Assembly: GCA_964471265.1 (NCBI GenBank)
Contig: CAYYFI010000003.1
Span: 1-47,379, forward strand
Reading direction: 5' to 3'
Origin: an uncultured Actinomycetes bacterium
Lineage (GTDB): Bacteria; Actinomycetota; Actinomycetes; Nanopelagicales; Nanopelagicaceae
DNA: 47,379 nucleotides
In this document: positions 46,622 through 47,379 of the stretch, one piece after another
Layout: each line of letters starts with the position of its first letter
Position numbering within the stretch: the first letter of the stretch is position 1
Translations under genes and position numbers: made by a program
Notes under the pieces: model-generated
Databases searched by the model: none
Told to the model about the DNA's origin: nothing
The model's input: only the letters and a program-made list of their open reading frames with translations

Positions 46622-47379
46622 ATGAGTGCGATTGGTGATGTTTACGTAATTACGCAGCGACAATTAAGACTGCTCACTAGAGTTCCAGAAGTGCTTATTT
46701 TCTCAACTATTCAACCAGTAATGTTTGTACTCTTATTCAGATATGTATTTGGTGGATCTATCAATACTGGCCAACCAGGTGGTTATGTTCAATTACTAAT
46801 GCCCGGAATTTTCGTACAAACAGTGGCATTTACATTGGCAGGAACTGCGTCGGGTTTTGCCGAAGATATGAAGAAAGGATTAATCGATCGTTTTCGATCT
46901 TTGCCAATATCGCAATCCGCACTTGTGATTGGTAGAACTCTTGGAGATTCTTTACTAAATATTGTGGTGCTCGCAGTGATGGGTATTGCAGGTTTCGTAG
47001 TTGGTTGGCGTCCAAGTAGCGGTGGCGCAAAAGTGGCACTGGGATTTCTTTTCCTTCTTTTCTTTGGCTATGCACTCTCTTGGGTTGGTGTATTGGTTGG
47101 TTTATCTGCATCGGATGCTCGAGTAGTGCAGAATGTAAGTTTTATAGTTACTTTCCCGCTTACATTCTTATCAAACGCTTTTGCACCAACTACTGGAATG
47201 CCTAGAGCACTGCAATATTTTGCGGAATGGAATCCGGTTTCAACAATGGTAGCCGCCTGTCGCGAACTTTTCGGTTTAGAAAATCAATTTGGCGCAACTG
47301 CTGGTTCTTACCCAAGCGAACACCCATTAATAACCTCTTTGGCATACATGATTCTGATTATGGCAATCTTTGTGCCATT
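46622..47379 (+). CDS. ABC-2 type transporter permease (partial, runs off the right edge)
   Basis: The ATG follows the ATPase stop directly, with AAGGAGG 9 nt upstream. I translated an open frame to the window end (MSAIGDVYVITQRQLRLLTRVPEVLIFSTIQPVMFVLLFRYVFGG...). The product is hydrophobic and DrrB-like. It is absent from the ORF track because there is no stop. Confidence 0.85.
   Translation, partial: MSAIGDVYVITQRQLRLLTRVPEVLIFSTIQPVMFVLLFRYVFGGSINTGQPGGYVQLLMPGIFVQTVAFTLAGTASGFAEDMKKGLIDRFRSLPISQSALVIGRTLGDSLLNIVVLAVMGIAGFVVGWRPSSGGAKVALGFLFLLFFGYALSWVGVLVGLSASDARVVQNVSFIVTFPLTFLSNAFAPTTGMPRALQYFAEWNPVSTMVAACRELFGLENQFGATAGSYPSEHPLITSLAYMILIMAIFVP

Noticed and set aside
1-47379. A search for CRISPR arrays, tRNA/rRNA genes, IS elements, integrases, toxin-antitoxin pairs or defence-system genes (the possible exciting undescribed system).
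   Set aside because: No spaced direct-repeat arrays were seen. No intergenic region longer than about 320 nt exists, and the longest holds the riboswitch. There are no cloverleaf-like sequences in the spacers, and no transposase, recombinase, nuclease-NTPase or defence-type domain combinations. Every sizeable ORF is explained by housekeeping or transporter families.

Overview
This 47.4-kb window is a very gene-dense chromosomal segment of an actinobacterium, with about 55 CDS and almost no non-coding DNA. Gene content and order match classic actinobacterial core neighbourhoods: padR-ino1; glnA / RDD / DUF4191 / plsC-like / lipA / lipB; TIGR01777 epimerase / sucB(dlaT) / lpdA / pepA / gcvT; DUF3043 / HesB-type Fe-S protein / ctaC-ctaD-ctaF; and qcrB-qcrA-qcrC-ctaE / trpD / DnaQ-GIY-YIG nuclease. 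From memory this is the same order as around Rv2191-Rv2220 of M. tuberculosis. The DNA looks AT-rich for an actinobacterium (not computed) and is extremely compact, with many stop/start overlaps and overlapping convergent 3' ends. That fits a streamlined lineage such as freshwater acI/Nanopelagicales, but this is inference only. I saw no rRNA, tRNA, CRISPR array, transposase, integrase or phage genes. I do not see a convincing defence-island-like or clearly novel multi-gene system. The observations most worth a second look are: (1) a cobalamin riboswitch on the minus strand gating an ECF-type transporter operon whose first gene encodes a secreted protein; (2) uppP, whose conserved N-terminus has no ATG/GTG/TTG start and overlaps the end of ctaF; (3) a recurrent TANNNT-N6/7-start-codon architecture at at least 13 genes, implying leaderless mRNAs and revising several ORF-track starts; (4) a perfect 21-bp palindrome with extra half-sites in front of padR-ino1; (5) palindromic candidate operators and an atypical stand-alone receiver protein in the ctaE/trpD divergent region. 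All family assignments come from reading motifs in the translations; no database search or computation was run.
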